The position numbers were made by a program, and so were the translations under genes. This document shows positions 53,125-64,000 of a stretch of 64,000 bases of DNA, piece after piece. Under the pieces are notes generated by a model, which was given only the letters and a program-made list of their open reading frames with translations, had not been told where the DNA came from and made no database searches. The first letter of the stretch is position 1; each line of letters opens with the position of its first letter. The DNA comes from Camelus dromedarius. Its lineage: Eukaryota. The stretch covers positions 53,694,001 to 53,758,000 of the forward strand of contig NC_087437.1 of NCBI RefSeq assembly GCF_036321535.1. Reading direction: 5' to 3'.

Positions 53125-53375
53125 CAGTACAGTGATTAAGCTGGGGCTTTGGAGACAATCATATAGTTCAAATCCCAGTTCCACTAATTATCAGCTGTTG
53201 AATCTTGGGCAAATTAACTAACTTTTCTGCTTTGGCTTACATATTTGCAAAATGGAGCTGCTGCTGCTGTTACCCCCATATAGAGATTATTATTAGGATG
53301 AAATAAATTAATATGTATAAAGCACTTAGGACAATGCCTGATCCCTAGTAACTGCTATATAGTGATTGCTGTCAC
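53125..53375 (+). mobile_element. MIR SINE
   Basis: gttcaaatcccagttccactaattatcagctg...ttgggcaaatta...aaagcacttaggacaatgcctg. Confidence 0.75.
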
Positions 53376-54249
53376 TATATAATTTAAAAATATATTCACA
53401 TAAAATACCAACACATGTTTTGCCAGAAAGAAATGGTACATATTAAATATATTAGAATACCTACCTAGGAGGATATAAGGGTTTTCAAAGAAAAAAAAAA
53501 AAAAAAGAAAAAGAACCCAGGCAAGTAATTCCAGAGCTCCTGCTGTGAATCACTAGAGACACTACTTCCTTATTATCCCATTGCTAAGATGAATAAACTG
53601 AGGCTAAAATAAAGGATGCCAAAGCATCAAGCATTCTTGCAGAGGCAGGAGGAGCACTTGGAAGATGGTCTCCAGTGTCAGATGGGAGATTTAAGCCCTT
53701 CTTTTTCATCCCTAAAGTTCAGGATCTGCAGGCTGTTTACAAGTTATACTGTTTGAAGAGCCTGCTCAGATTTTTCCAGCCACAGTAAGCTTCTGCAGGG
53801 AGTAGATTTATTTTCCAGCTGTGGGAAGCATCATCTCTGATGCCTGCAATGCAGGTCCATGAGCTTCATCAATAAGTTTTATACAAATAAGTAGCAAGAG
53901 TGTAATTGTGAGAAATGAAAAAAATTTAAGGCCGGCAAATAGAGGGTTAGCTAAATAAATTATGCCCAAACATATAACAGTATATAGGCAGCTTCCAAGA
54001 TGGGATAATATTAATAAAAATGATCTGGAAAAACATTTGTGATATATTATTTAAAAACATATCACAGTATAGTATGTAGCATGTGTATGTATATATACAC
54101 ATACATGCACACACACACATATATGTACAGAAAAATAGCATGGGTATTAGTCTTACTCTTAACTCATTTTATCTATATTTTCCAATTTTTCTATAATAAA
54201 CCTGTATGACTTTTATAAAGGAAAAATAATTTATTAAAAAGTAGCCTAA

Positions 54250-54696
54250 ACAAGGATGGCCCTAGAGATCATCATTCTAAGTGAAGTAAGCCAGAAAGAG
54301 AAAGAAAAATACCATATGATATTACTTATATGTGAAATTTAAAAAAAAACGAAAGAAAAAAAGAGGACACTAATGAACTCAGCTACGAAACAGAAACAGC
54401 CTCGCAGACATAGTAAATAATCTTATGGTTCCTGGGGGAAAAGGACTGGGAAGGGATAAATTTGGGAGTTTGAGATTTGCAAATGTTAGCCACTATATAC
54501 AAAAATAGATTTAAAAAAACAAATTTCTTCTGTATAGGACAAGGAACTATATTCAATATCTTGTAATAACCTTTAATGAAAAGGAATATGAAAATGAATG
54601 TGTATGTATATGCATGACTGGGACAGTGGACTGTACACCAGAAACTGACACATTGCAACTGACTGTACTTCAATTTAAAAAAGGGAAAAAGAAAAC
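54250..54696 (+). mobile_element. Young 5'-truncated L1 3' end
   Basis: ctagagatcatcattctaagtgaagtaagccagaaagag...gactgtacttcaat plus A tail. TSD AAAGTAGCCTAA at 54238-54249 and 54697-54708. Confidence 0.9.
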
Positions 54697-54780
54697 AAAG
54701 TAGCCTAAGAGGCAGTAATAGTAAAAGCTGTTTTTTCCATGTATATTTGTGTTCCTCTTCTATAATTAAGTTGAAAATCA

Positions 54781-54887
54781 GTGGGGGAGGGTATAGCTCA
54801 GTGGTAGAGTGCATGCTTACCATGTGTGAGGTCCTGGTTTCAATACCTAGTACCTCCAAAATAATTTAATAAATAAAATTTTTTTTA
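54781..54887 (+). mobile_element. Camelid-type tRNA-derived SINE
   Basis: GGGGAGGGTATAGCTCAGTGGTAGAGTGCATGCTT...GGTTTCAATACC. 13-bp TSD AAGTTGAAAATCA at 54768-54780 and 54888-54900. Confidence 0.9.
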
Positions 54888-55329
54888 AAGTTGAAAATCA
54901 TCTTTTCTGCTCCTGCCAGGCAGATGCAATTGCTCCCACCGTGTGCACAGGTGGCTGCTCTTATGCATGGCTGTCATGGCATGGATCTCTTTGCATTCTG
55001 GGCATTGGGTAGATATCCAGTTACAACCACCTGGCATAGAGCCTGGCATAGGGGTATGCCTGACACACATGAATTGAAGAATTGGTACGGGCTCAATGGC
55101 TTGGATTTGGCTATCAGCTCTGCCATTTATAAGCTCAGTGAGTCCCAAGCTCCTGATCTGTACAGTGGCCATAACAACTGTGGGTCAAGAGACCTCCAGT
55201 TGTTTTTGTACATGACAAAGTGCTGGTCTCAAGATAAGTGAGGGTGCAGAGAGACGGTTTATCATTATTGCTGCATCTATTAACAGGTCTACATCTTCCC
55301 ATCCCTTATTTTTCTTTGGTTCCCTAAGG

Positions 55330-55666
55330 CATCATGGTTACCGTAGCAGCCAGATGCTGATGATACCTCCAGGGGCCCCAAGGTAAAGCTGAGCCAGCTC
55401 CCAGATCCTCTCCTCTCCATGCCCTTCACAGGCCAGAGTGAGATGTTCTGAAGCTCAGCCTCCTTTCAGGCCCACCCACCCTGTCTTGGGTCACTTAGAC
55501 CTACAAACCCTGCCTCCACAGCCTCATTTTGGGGCCCTGAAACACCCCTTCGGAGACTCACTCCTTTCCAACCACTGTCTCTTGGCTCCCTGCCTGGTTG
55601 CCGTGGAAACAGGTTCCACTGCGGACAAAGGAGAGAGCTGGGTCCTCCTTCCTCCTGGTTCTGTCG
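55330..55666 (+). promoter_or_regulatory. RTP1 proximal promoter/5'UTR with two RFX X-box-like sites
   Basis: GTTACCGTAGCAGC at 55337-55350 and GTTGCCGTGGAAAC at 55597-55610, upstream of the RTP1 ATG. Confidence 0.55.
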
Positions 55667-55938
55667 ATGAGGATTTTTAGACCGTGGAGACTGCGCTGCC
55701 CTGCCCTGCACTTGCCCTCGTTTCCCGTGTTCTCACTCAGGTGGAGCTTGCCCTCTCTCGCCACTGAAGAGACCATGTGTAAAAGTGTGACTACAGGTGA
55801 ATGGAAGAAAATCTTCTATGAGAAGATGGAGGAAGCAAAGCCGGCTGACAGCTGGGACCTCATCATAGATCCCAACCTCAAGCACAATGTGCTGGCCCCT
55901 GGCTGGAAGCAGTACTTGGAATTGCATGCCTCGGGCAG
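55667..55938 (+). CDS. RTP1: Receptor transporting protein 1, coding exon 1
   Basis: MRIFRPWRLRCPALHLPS...MCKSVTTGEWKKIFYEKMEEAKPADSWDLIIDPNLKHNVLAPGWKQYLELHASG matches RTP1. Donor AG|GTGAGT at 55938/55939 (phase 2). Met37 ATG at 55775. Confidence 0.97.
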
Positions 55939-56479
55939 GTGAGTAGCCTGTAAGCAGGGGCCCTAAAGGCAGCCACTGGGACACCTTCCAAGAAGAGCCA
56001 GAAACATGGAGAACCCAGGTGCTGAGGGTCAGTCTCCCTGTTGGGCCACTATAGACTGGGAGGCAGAGAAAAAGCAGCTAACGGGGAGTTGGGACACCTG
56101 AGTTTGATTCCAGCTCTTCCACTGAGAATCTGGTAACTTTTCCTAAGTCATAGTTTCCCCTCTGGAAAAGAGGCGGAATATATTTATTAGTTCTTAACTC
56201 TGACATTTTACATATTTTTATATTTCAATATCCTTTTAAAAATGGTTGAAAACCAAGAGAAAGGGGGGCTTGAGGTCCACTGGGGGTCAAGAGGCCTGTG
56301 TTTTGGTCCAAGGACAGTTCAGTTTCAATCTATTTAATTTAATCTATATAATTGACTTAATATAAAATATTGGACATACGAGGTATGCTGGAAGCTAGCT
56401 CCAGTATTCTATGGCCTTTGAACAGTTCAGTTTCCTTCTTGGACCTCACTTTCTCCATTTGTGGAAGGAGAGGTTAGCC

Positions 56480-56650
56480 TAGATCCTTGCCCTCCTGTTC
56501 ATGGACCAGCAGTATCAGTATTAGCATCAGCTGGAACCTGTTAAAGATGCAGATTCTCAGGCCACATCCTAGACCTTCTGAATCAGAAGCCACATTTCAC
56601 CAAGGTTCCCAGGTGGCGCATATGTACAATTTTGTCTGAGATGACTTTCT
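56480..56650. mobile_element. MER5A-like element in RTP1 intron
   Basis: ggaccagcag...gatgcagattctcaggccacatcctagaccttctgaatcagaa. Confidence 0.65.
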
Positions 56651-57210
56651 AGCACTCTTATCCTTGGGTACATTATGTACATATTTACCTCTGGGACATA
56701 AGATGGGGAGCCTGAGTCTATGCCCAGAGTGAGCTAACTGAGGCCGGCTAGGGCTCTCAGATCATCAGCCAGGTCTGGAGGAGACACAAGTAATCCTCAC
56801 TCAACCCCACAAGACTTCCAGGTCTTTGAGAAGCTTCTGGGCCCTGTCAGAAAGTGTCCAGCCCTTTGTACCCCTTTGCAAATCAGCTGGTTTAGGGAGT
56901 TTCACATTTTCATTCTCATTTCTTCTCTTTTACTCACATCCTTTAGGAACTATTTCCCCTCTCCCAAACTCAACTATGAAATTTGGAATGGAAAATGTCA
57001 GAACTGGAGGCACCTGAGAAACCACCTAATTAACCCTTTGTTTTACTCTGAGGCGCAGAGTAAGAAAGTTGTACACACAGCTAGTCAGAGGCACAGCCAG
57101 CGACCGTAACAGGTGTTCACTAGATGTTTCCTGAATTGCATCAAATAAACTGAAAGGCAGAAAGGAAGGCCTTGCTTCTGACCCTTAGGCTGCACCACAG
57201 AGGCTGCCTT

Positions 57211-57528
57211 TGGGCAGCTTTCCTCATCTATAAAATGTGCACAGTGCACTAAATGAGTCCTTCCTGCTCAAATGTCCTTTTGAGTCTGCCTGCATTTACA
57301 GGACTTCAGACACATTAATCCTGGCAAGGGCCTGGAGGCTGAGAAGTGATGATGGTGTCATTTTCTCCTGATTTGGGTCTAGCCTATTCACAGTCAGTGT
57401 TGATAGGTAAGATTATGTGTTTTCTATGTGATGGGGGCCATCCTCAATATCAGACTCAAAAGGACATTTGAGCAGGAAGGACTCATTTAGTGCACTGTGC
57501 ACATTTTATAGACGAGGAAAGCTGCCCA
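57211..57528. repeat. Near-perfect 78-bp inverted repeat (arms 57211-57288 and 57451-57528, 162-bp spacer)
   Basis: Base-by-base comparison gives 77/78 complementary positions. The single mismatch is A57226 opposite C57513. Confidence 0.97.
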
Positions 57529-57830
57529 GAGCCAGAGGCCAAAGGCAAGGCCTCAGGGCATTGAGATGGAGGGCGCTGAGGCTTCTGCAGAGCACAGAGG
57601 AGGGCCTAGAGGTGGCAGAGCATTGCTGGATGCTAGGTGCATCCTGGGTCGCCTGCTCTGGTCCTAGCAGAGCACACAAGGGCGCGGGCTGGTTAGTCAC
57701 CTGGGGAAAGCCAATGAACCCAGGGGGCTGTAAACACACCGCCTCCACCTCTAGGCTCTGCAGATTGCTGCTTACCTTCTTCCTGGTCTGTCTCCACTGC
57801 CTCCACTTCGTCCTCTCCTCCTCGCCACAG

Positions 57831-58350
57831 GTTCCACTGTTCCTGGTGCTGGCACACCTGGCAGTCTCCCCACGTGGTCATCCTCTTCCACATGCACCTG
57901 GACCGCGCCCAGCGGGCGGGCTCGGTGCGCATGCGCGTCTTCAAGCAGCTGTGCTACGAGTGCGGCACGGCGCGGCTGGACGAGTCGAGCATGCTGGAGG
58001 AGAACATCGAGAGCCTGGTGGACAACCTCATCACCAGCCTGCGCGAGCAGTGCTACGGAGAGCGCGGAGGCCAGTACCGCATCCTCGTGGCCAGCCGCCA
58101 AGACAACCGGCGGCACCGCGGCGAGTTCTGCGAGGCCTGCCAGGAGGGCATCGTGCACTGGAAGCCCAGCGAGAAGCTGCTGGAGGAGGAGGCGACCACC
58201 TACACCTTCTCCCGGGCACCCAGCCCCACCAAGCCGCCAGCCGAGACGGGTTCAGGCTGCAACTTCTTCTCCATCCCCTGGTGCTTGTTTTGGGCCACAG
58301 TCCTGTTGCTGATCATCTACCTGCAATTCTCCTTTAGCAGCTCCGTCTAA
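57831..58350 (+). CDS. RTP1: Receptor transporting protein 1, coding exon 2 (zf-3CxxC motifs and C-terminal transmembrane helix)
   Basis: Acceptor tcctctcctcctcgccacAG|G. Reads RFHCSWCWHTWQS...LCYECG...HRGEFCEACQEG...IPWCLFWATVLLLIIYLQFSFSSSV*. The two exons give 272+520=792 nt, i.e. 263 aa plus TAA. Confidence 0.97.
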
Positions 58351-59785
58351 GATTCCCTTGGTGGGCTCAGTGAGGCGCTAGGGATCCAGGGCCTGTGGGG
58401 CCAGCCAGCTGGTGGGAGGGGTGAAGACAGACCTGGGTTGGGAGTGGGATTAAGTTCTAGTGCTGATGCCGCCACTGACTCAGTGGGAACCCTGGACAAA
58501 TCACCCAGCTTTTCCATCTATAAAATTAAGGGTTTGGATTAGATCATTGGTTTTTTTCAAAGCGAAACCCAGGGCCCCAACGTTCTATATGGGTGCCTCA
58601 GGGACTTTTGGATTTGGAAGGTAGACTAAGTGAATGGGTTTCCCATCCTGGTCAAACCATCCATCCCCAGCTCCTACCTCCTCTTGCTTTAGTTCAATAG
58701 CTCCATCTTAAAAGGAGTCTTATTTAAAAGTTTTTTATGAAAAAAGTTTCCATTGCTTTTAAAAAGTTTTAAAATTACAGGACTAGGCGATCTTAAAAGG
58801 CCTTTCCACAGGTGACCTCATCCTTGCTTTCTTATTAACTCCCCATCCCTTGCTCATTACCGCCACATCCAGAGCTGCTGCCTTAGATTAGCCTTAAATT
58901 AGCCTCTGCCTAGCCTAGTGTATAAGTCTCATTCATAGCTCTGTCCCCGTGCACACAGCAGAGGTGCCTCTTGAAGAGAGAGAGGTAGGAGCACAAGGCT
59001 GTCCTTTTTCTTCCACAGGGTCCCTTGCCTCTATTTTCCAGACTCCTAGTTTCCAGCTGCCCTCCACTCAGGGTGGATTCTAGCGTCTGCCTGGCTTGGA
59101 GATGGTGGTTGGGGAGGAGTCCCATAGAGCTAGGCTTCCCACCCGGTACATATGAACCATCAGAGAATTTAGGAGGTAGAATGTTAGAAGCAAAGCTCAA
59201 AATTCCTAGGAAACAAATATAATGAATGACTCTCCATTATAATGAAGAGTCTTCAGAGCCGGGAGACCAGGGTACAGGGATCAAGTCTGGCTGATGCTCA
59301 GTGGTTCTGATGGCCAGAACACAGGAGCAGGGGCCTGGCTTCCTGGACTATTGGCTGAAAACTTAGTTGGGAGGCTTTCCCATATTAGCCAGGTATGGGC
59401 CCTCTCACTAAAGATCAGTTGTTCACCTAGAACCACAGGGATGGGGGTCATTAGTAAGAAAGGGAGCACTAACGACGTGAAGGGTTTTTCCTATAAAGAA
59501 ATGCATAGGTATGTGGGAGGATCTTAATTGCTTTCAAATAGGATGTAATCTCGTTTGGAGACAGAGAGAAGACTTTCTGATAGTAGGGGTACAAAGTGGG
59601 GTAGGGAGGGAGGCAGAAAGCAGGAAGTGGGACATCACCCTGCACTTTGGGGGGTCCTCATTCACCTCACCTCTGTTAATAACTTGACTCCTCCTCCTTC
59701 CCCCACTGCTCCCCTTTTTAATGGGAAGTCGCCACCATCTGTAGTGGTGGAGGGAGAAGGGCCACTCATGAAGACAGGATACTTT

Positions 59786-59791
59786 AATAAA
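59786..59791 (+). terminator. Candidate RTP1 polyadenylation signal AATAAA
   Basis: First plus-strand AATAAA I noticed after the stop (about 1.4 kb 3' UTR), with GT-rich sequence downstream. Confidence 0.4.
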
Positions 59792-61339
59792 GATGGGATT
59801 TCTTCAATCAGGCTTAGTAGTCATTAATGTGTGCTTGGGGTTCACCAGTGTCCCTGATCTGCAGTGGGCTGCTGGATACCCCCATCTCCCCTCTCCCCTG
59901 TCTGGAGTCCCCTCATAAAGCTTCATCTTGCTCCAGCTTCAAGGTCTGAGCCAATCGTGTACACAGGAGGGATGCAGGCAGCCCTCAGTCGGTCATCTAG
60001 GGGACTTGGTATAAGACCAATCTTACTGTTGCCCTTGCTCTGATTCTAGTAACTGGCTGGTGACTTCCTTTGCTTCATGTACCCAGTATTCAGTCCTTTA
60101 TCCAGGAGGCATATCATGAGTGCCTTCTGTCTGGCAAGTCCTGATGTGGGTGCTGGGATCCAGTGGGCACTAAGGGGGAGGCCCCGTCTCTCAGAGATCT
60201 CTCCTTACTTCACATGTTCTCAGACTTGGCTGTACTTTAGAAAGCTGGAGGAGCTTTTAAAGAAATGTCAGTGCCCAGCCACTGCCTTAGACCAACAGAA
60301 TCAGAATTTCTGGGTGTGGGGCCTGAGCATATGATTTAGAATAAGACTCCCAGGTGATCCACCTGTGCTGCCTGGTATAATGCCTTCTGATTGAGGAATA
60401 GGTTCCTTCTGCACCCAGTCTTGTAATAATGAGCCCTGAGATATTGATGACCTGCCTTGGATTCTCTAGGTCCAGGGCACAGCTTTCCCTGCTCATGCCT
60501 CACTCCCTCTCCTGGGCACTTGACCTTGCCTCAGACCTCCCTGCTCCTGCCTGTCCACCTGCTACAATGGTTTTATCCTGCTCTGAGAGTCTTCATTTTT
60601 TGAGCCCTGCCACCCTTGCCAGATGCTTATCAAACTTTGTTGTAATGACCTGTCTATGGCCATCCTTCCTGCTAGAATGTGATCACAGTATGGAAGTGAC
60701 TCATCCCAGGTCTCACTGCCAGGTAGTGGCAGAGCAAAGAGTCCAACCCTCACCTAATTTTAGACCAGAACTCTTTCCTAAAGCATTAAGCCTCTTCCTG
60801 CTCTGCAGGAAGATGTCTACAATCTACAAATACGTGTCTCCTTTATACTTGCTACAGATGAGGGGTCTGAGGCTTGCTCACCAGCTTAGCCCATGCATGG
60901 GGCAGTTCTTTCTTTGCACACATGGCCACGTGCCACATGATGAACTTGTTAGAGGTACTCCAGGTGTCATTAATAAACTCCTAAGGGACATGCCAGGATC
61001 CCAGGCCTCTCCCACTGCAGCTTTTGTGCATTGGTCTTGATGGTTAAGCCAGGAGGAGACCTATGGGCACTAATTTGGGGTTCCAGAGGTTGTAATCCTC
61101 AGTGTAGGGTCAGTGAGAAGTGCTGCCTTGATCACTTCCCTCAAACTCATCAGAAAAGGGCACCAGCCCAATGGGATAACTCTTCCTGGGGGTCAGGAGT
61201 CCCGAGAACCCAGATCGCCAACTAAGGACAGTTTCCAGCATAATAAGTTCATAGGCCATCAGAGCTGTAAGGCAGTTTAGAGATGTCTTGATTGAGGATC
61301 TTTACGGATAAGAAACTGAAGTCTAGAGAAAGTAGGAAA

Positions 61340-61580
61340 GTTGACCAGCTCTGTACAGCATGGAGTAAGGCAAGATCATGAAGTCCGGGGTTAAGAAACA
61401 CTTGAGTCTTGGTTCTGCTACTTGCTAGCTGTATGGCCTTAGTTAAGTAACTCAGTAAGTTAAGCTCCTTGAGCCCCAATTTTCCTTCTCATCAAAATGT
61501 GAATAATACTACCTGCCATGGAGGGCTGTTGTAAGGAATAAATATTACACCGTCTGTGACATTCCTGATACAGAGCCCAT
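61340..61580 (+). mobile_element. MIR SINE
   Basis: ggttctgctacttgctagctgtatggccttagttaagtaac...ttttccttctcatcaaaatg...gagggctgttgtaagg. Confidence 0.7.
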
Positions 61581-61714
61581 GTTCATTGTCTTCTTTCTGA
61601 TGAGACTAAATGCTCATCCTCTTCTTTCTGCTCCTTTCCCTTTCAATCTGAAGCCTCCCCTTTGAGTCCTGAAGGGCTCTTTCTCTTTGTAATTTCAGTT
61701 CTGTTGGCAAAGAC

Positions 61715-61746
<32 letters not shown>

Positions 61747-62021
61747 AGGCAAGGGTTAACTTCCCAGCCCAAGAGTTAGAAATGGCTTATTTTAATATCT
61801 GTATCATCACTTCTTTTCTTCCCTTATATTTATTGCAAAGCAATAACTTCATTTTTCCAGCAGCACGGTTGCCACCCTTTATTCTTCAAAGATAGCTATT
61901 TAAAAAATCTCCCCAAACAGAAAACATCAGTGATTTCTAGGCTCCATTCCCATTGGCTAAAATACCCCAGGAGGCATTTAGTTCTTTTCCAAGTCCCACC
62001 CTAATTCTCTGTAGGACTCCC

Positions 62022-62478
62022 TGTTACCAAATGCAAGTTCATGTGCCCAATGTACAGTGAGGCCAAACAAAATGAAATGTCAGAGTTTGGAGCAGAGAAA
62101 GGTTTATTGAAGGGCTGAGCAAGGAGGAATGAGTGGCTCACACCCTAAAAATCCTGAACTCCCCACAGGGTTCCAGCAAAGCATTTTTAAAGGCCGGGTG
62201 AGGGAGGGGGGTCACAGGGTATGTGATCAGCTTGTGCACAATTCTCTGATTGGTTGATGGTGAGTAGCAGGGCAGTTAATATATCAACCTTAGGTGCCTG
62301 TAGTTCTGGGGGCTCATGATCATTAAGCAGTTAATTTCTTCCATTTGGTGGTGGTTTTAGTATCTGTAGAACAACTCAGGAAGTGTACATCGGACACTAT
62401 TATCTGTGTGCTTCAGAGAGGAGCTACAGCAGAGGGTATGGGGGAGAAATCTGTCTCCACAGGTCCTGCTCTATTACA
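62022..62478 (-). mobile_element. ERV1-type solo LTR
   Basis: TGTTACC...ATTACA termini, perfect 4-bp TSD TCCC (62018-62021, 62479-62482), minus-strand AATAAA near 62105. Confidence 0.85.
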
Positions 62479-64000
62479 TCCCAGTTAAGAAATTTCCTTT
62501 GGAATCCTCTTTGGTTTTGCATGGGTACTGCCACATGCATCAGGGAAATGAAATCCACCTGTTGGATGCCTATTTTGTGACAGAGCCTTGTGAGGGTGGG
62601 TGGCAGGGTGGTTGTGATATAGAAAGCTCATTGGCCTGGGAGCCAGGAAACCTGGGTTTCAGCCCTGGTTTAGCCAGTATCTAGGCATCTTGGCTGCTGA
62701 CATTGAGTGACCCAGTCTTTCCCCTCCCCTGCATCTCAGTTTCCTCATTTGTAAAGCAAAGAGGTAAGGTGATCTAAAGGGTCCCTGCTGATTCTGATGT
62801 TACTCAAAAACTGCTGCTTAGCCTTATTTTGTCCTCAGGCATTTGGTATAGTGCCCTGACCCTGACCCCTCTAACAGGTCATCTAGTTGTTACACCAAGA
62901 TTTCAGTCTGCCTAGGTCAGCTTGGAGTCTGACCCTCTTATCTGAATGTCCGTGACATCTTCCTTTCCTTTCCTTTCTGGAAACAAATTATTATACATCT
63001 TGCTCTGACTCAAACTCTCTCTAATATGGATTTGGGCGTTGGATGTGCAAACTCAGACCAAGGGAGTAGTTTAAAGGAAGGATTCTGTTGTCTGGGATCC
63101 TACTGGCAGGCTGGGCCACAAGTGAGCATTTAGTCGGCATGGATTAAATAAGCAGGATAGTCTCAGGAGATGGGTACAATGGATTAATGTCGCAGGATAG
63201 ACAGCTCAAGGGGAAATGAGAGTCCTCACTTTCAAAATGGGTCAGCATCTTCCAAGACCTTGGGCCTGGACTGCATCTACCCTGGGCCCTTTGGGTCCCC
63301 AGGGCTGGCTTTCATTGGTGTTGGCCTGTTGGCATGTTACTTTGCAGAGGTCTCCACTGGGACTGAGGATGTTGGAGGGGGAGCTATGTTCCCACCCACA
63401 CTGATCCGTCGTCATTCTGCATGCTTGCCCTGGGAAGTGTCCAGGCTCAACACATCTTCCCCTTGTCATAACATCGTCTTGTCCCCATCCCTCAGAGGGG
63501 CCTCCCTTGTCATCTGCCTGAATATTGAGAGTCCTGCCTCTTTTGCCTGTGATCAGAAGTTCATTGCTGGGAACTGAGCCTGTGTTTTTGCATACAAAAA
63601 ACATTTCCTTATCTTCTTGAAAAAAAGCCAACACATACCAGACACAGGAGGCGATCACAAAGGCCCTGTTAGTCTCCTTCCCTCAAGTTCAGAAAATGCC
63701 ATGGCTTCCTTTCTGGAGACAGCACTGATGCCAGCAGGTCATAAAAGGCCCAGGAACCTGAAAACCATTACTGTCTTTGGATTTTGGTCCCTGCCCTGTT
63801 TCCTCTCTACTGTCTACTAATTCATCCTCAAATGTTGACAGAAGTTTGAGTCTCCTTAAATTAGTCTCCTTATCTTTAGGCTCTTCTTCCTCAGTTTACT
63901 CTCTGCCCTAAAGCCTGATTTGAAAGGGAAAGCTGATCATGTCTCTCTCTGGTCCAAAACCCTCAAACGTTTCCCCATTCCCAAAACCACGCTGAGCATC

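Noticed and set aside
54781..54860. tRNA-like sequence with A and B boxes
   Set aside because: It has an A/T tail and a 13-bp TSD, with related copies at 20372 and 42826, so it is a SINE rather than a tRNA gene.
55598..55666. N-terminal extension of the RTP1 exon 1 ORF in the supplied track (MPWKQV...)
   Set aside because: Starts at TTG inside the X-box. The real first ATG is 55667.
57468..58337. 289-aa plus-strand ORF, and antisense ORFs such as 57772-58158, overlapping RTP1 exon 2
   Set aside because: Alternative-frame shadows caused by extreme GC3 bias. The 289-aa ORF starts at a non-ATG codon within the intron and resembles no known protein.
60429..61040. 203-aa ORF downstream of RTP1
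   Set aside because: No recognisable domain or codon bias, and it overlaps MIR-like fragments. No MASP1 exon recognised anywhere in the window.
1..64000. CRISPR arrays, operons, rRNA or other prokaryotic systems
   Set aside because: The sequence is clearly mammalian. No regularly spaced repeat-spacer array or rRNA-like sequence was seen.

Overview
Mammalian genomic DNA, most likely a camelid (alpaca/camel), judged from the short tRNA-derived SINEs starting GGGGAGGGTATAGCTCAGTGGTAGAG. The only intact protein-coding gene I can support is RTP1 (receptor transporting protein 1; + strand, two coding exons 55667-55938 and 57831-58350, 263 aa, internal Met37 start for RTP1S). By recalled human synteny this is the ST6GAL1-(RPL39L)-RTP1-MASP1 interval. 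The rest is mostly interspersed repeats (L1, L2, MIR, MaLR/ERVL/ERV1 LTRs, hAT MERs, SINEs) plus a 5'-truncated RPL26 processed pseudogene. Most notable observations: (1) a 78-bp, 77/78 identical inverted repeat inside the RTP1 intron, built from MIR-like sequence, with a single A-C mismatch; (2) an orphan CpG-island promoter at about 26.6-27.3 kb that appears to drive a spliced minus-strand transcript with a strong 144-nt exon and small ORFs, while no RPL39L CDS is visible in the window; (3) a fossil retrovirus with a class III-type polypurine tract but a gamma-type env (immunosuppressive domain), interrupted by an L1 5'-end-only insertion; (4) RFX X-boxes at the RTP1 promoter and two other sites. 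Repeat family names and boundaries come from pattern recognition without database searches and are approximate unless a TSD is given. I cannot demonstrate a wholly new biological system from sequence alone.
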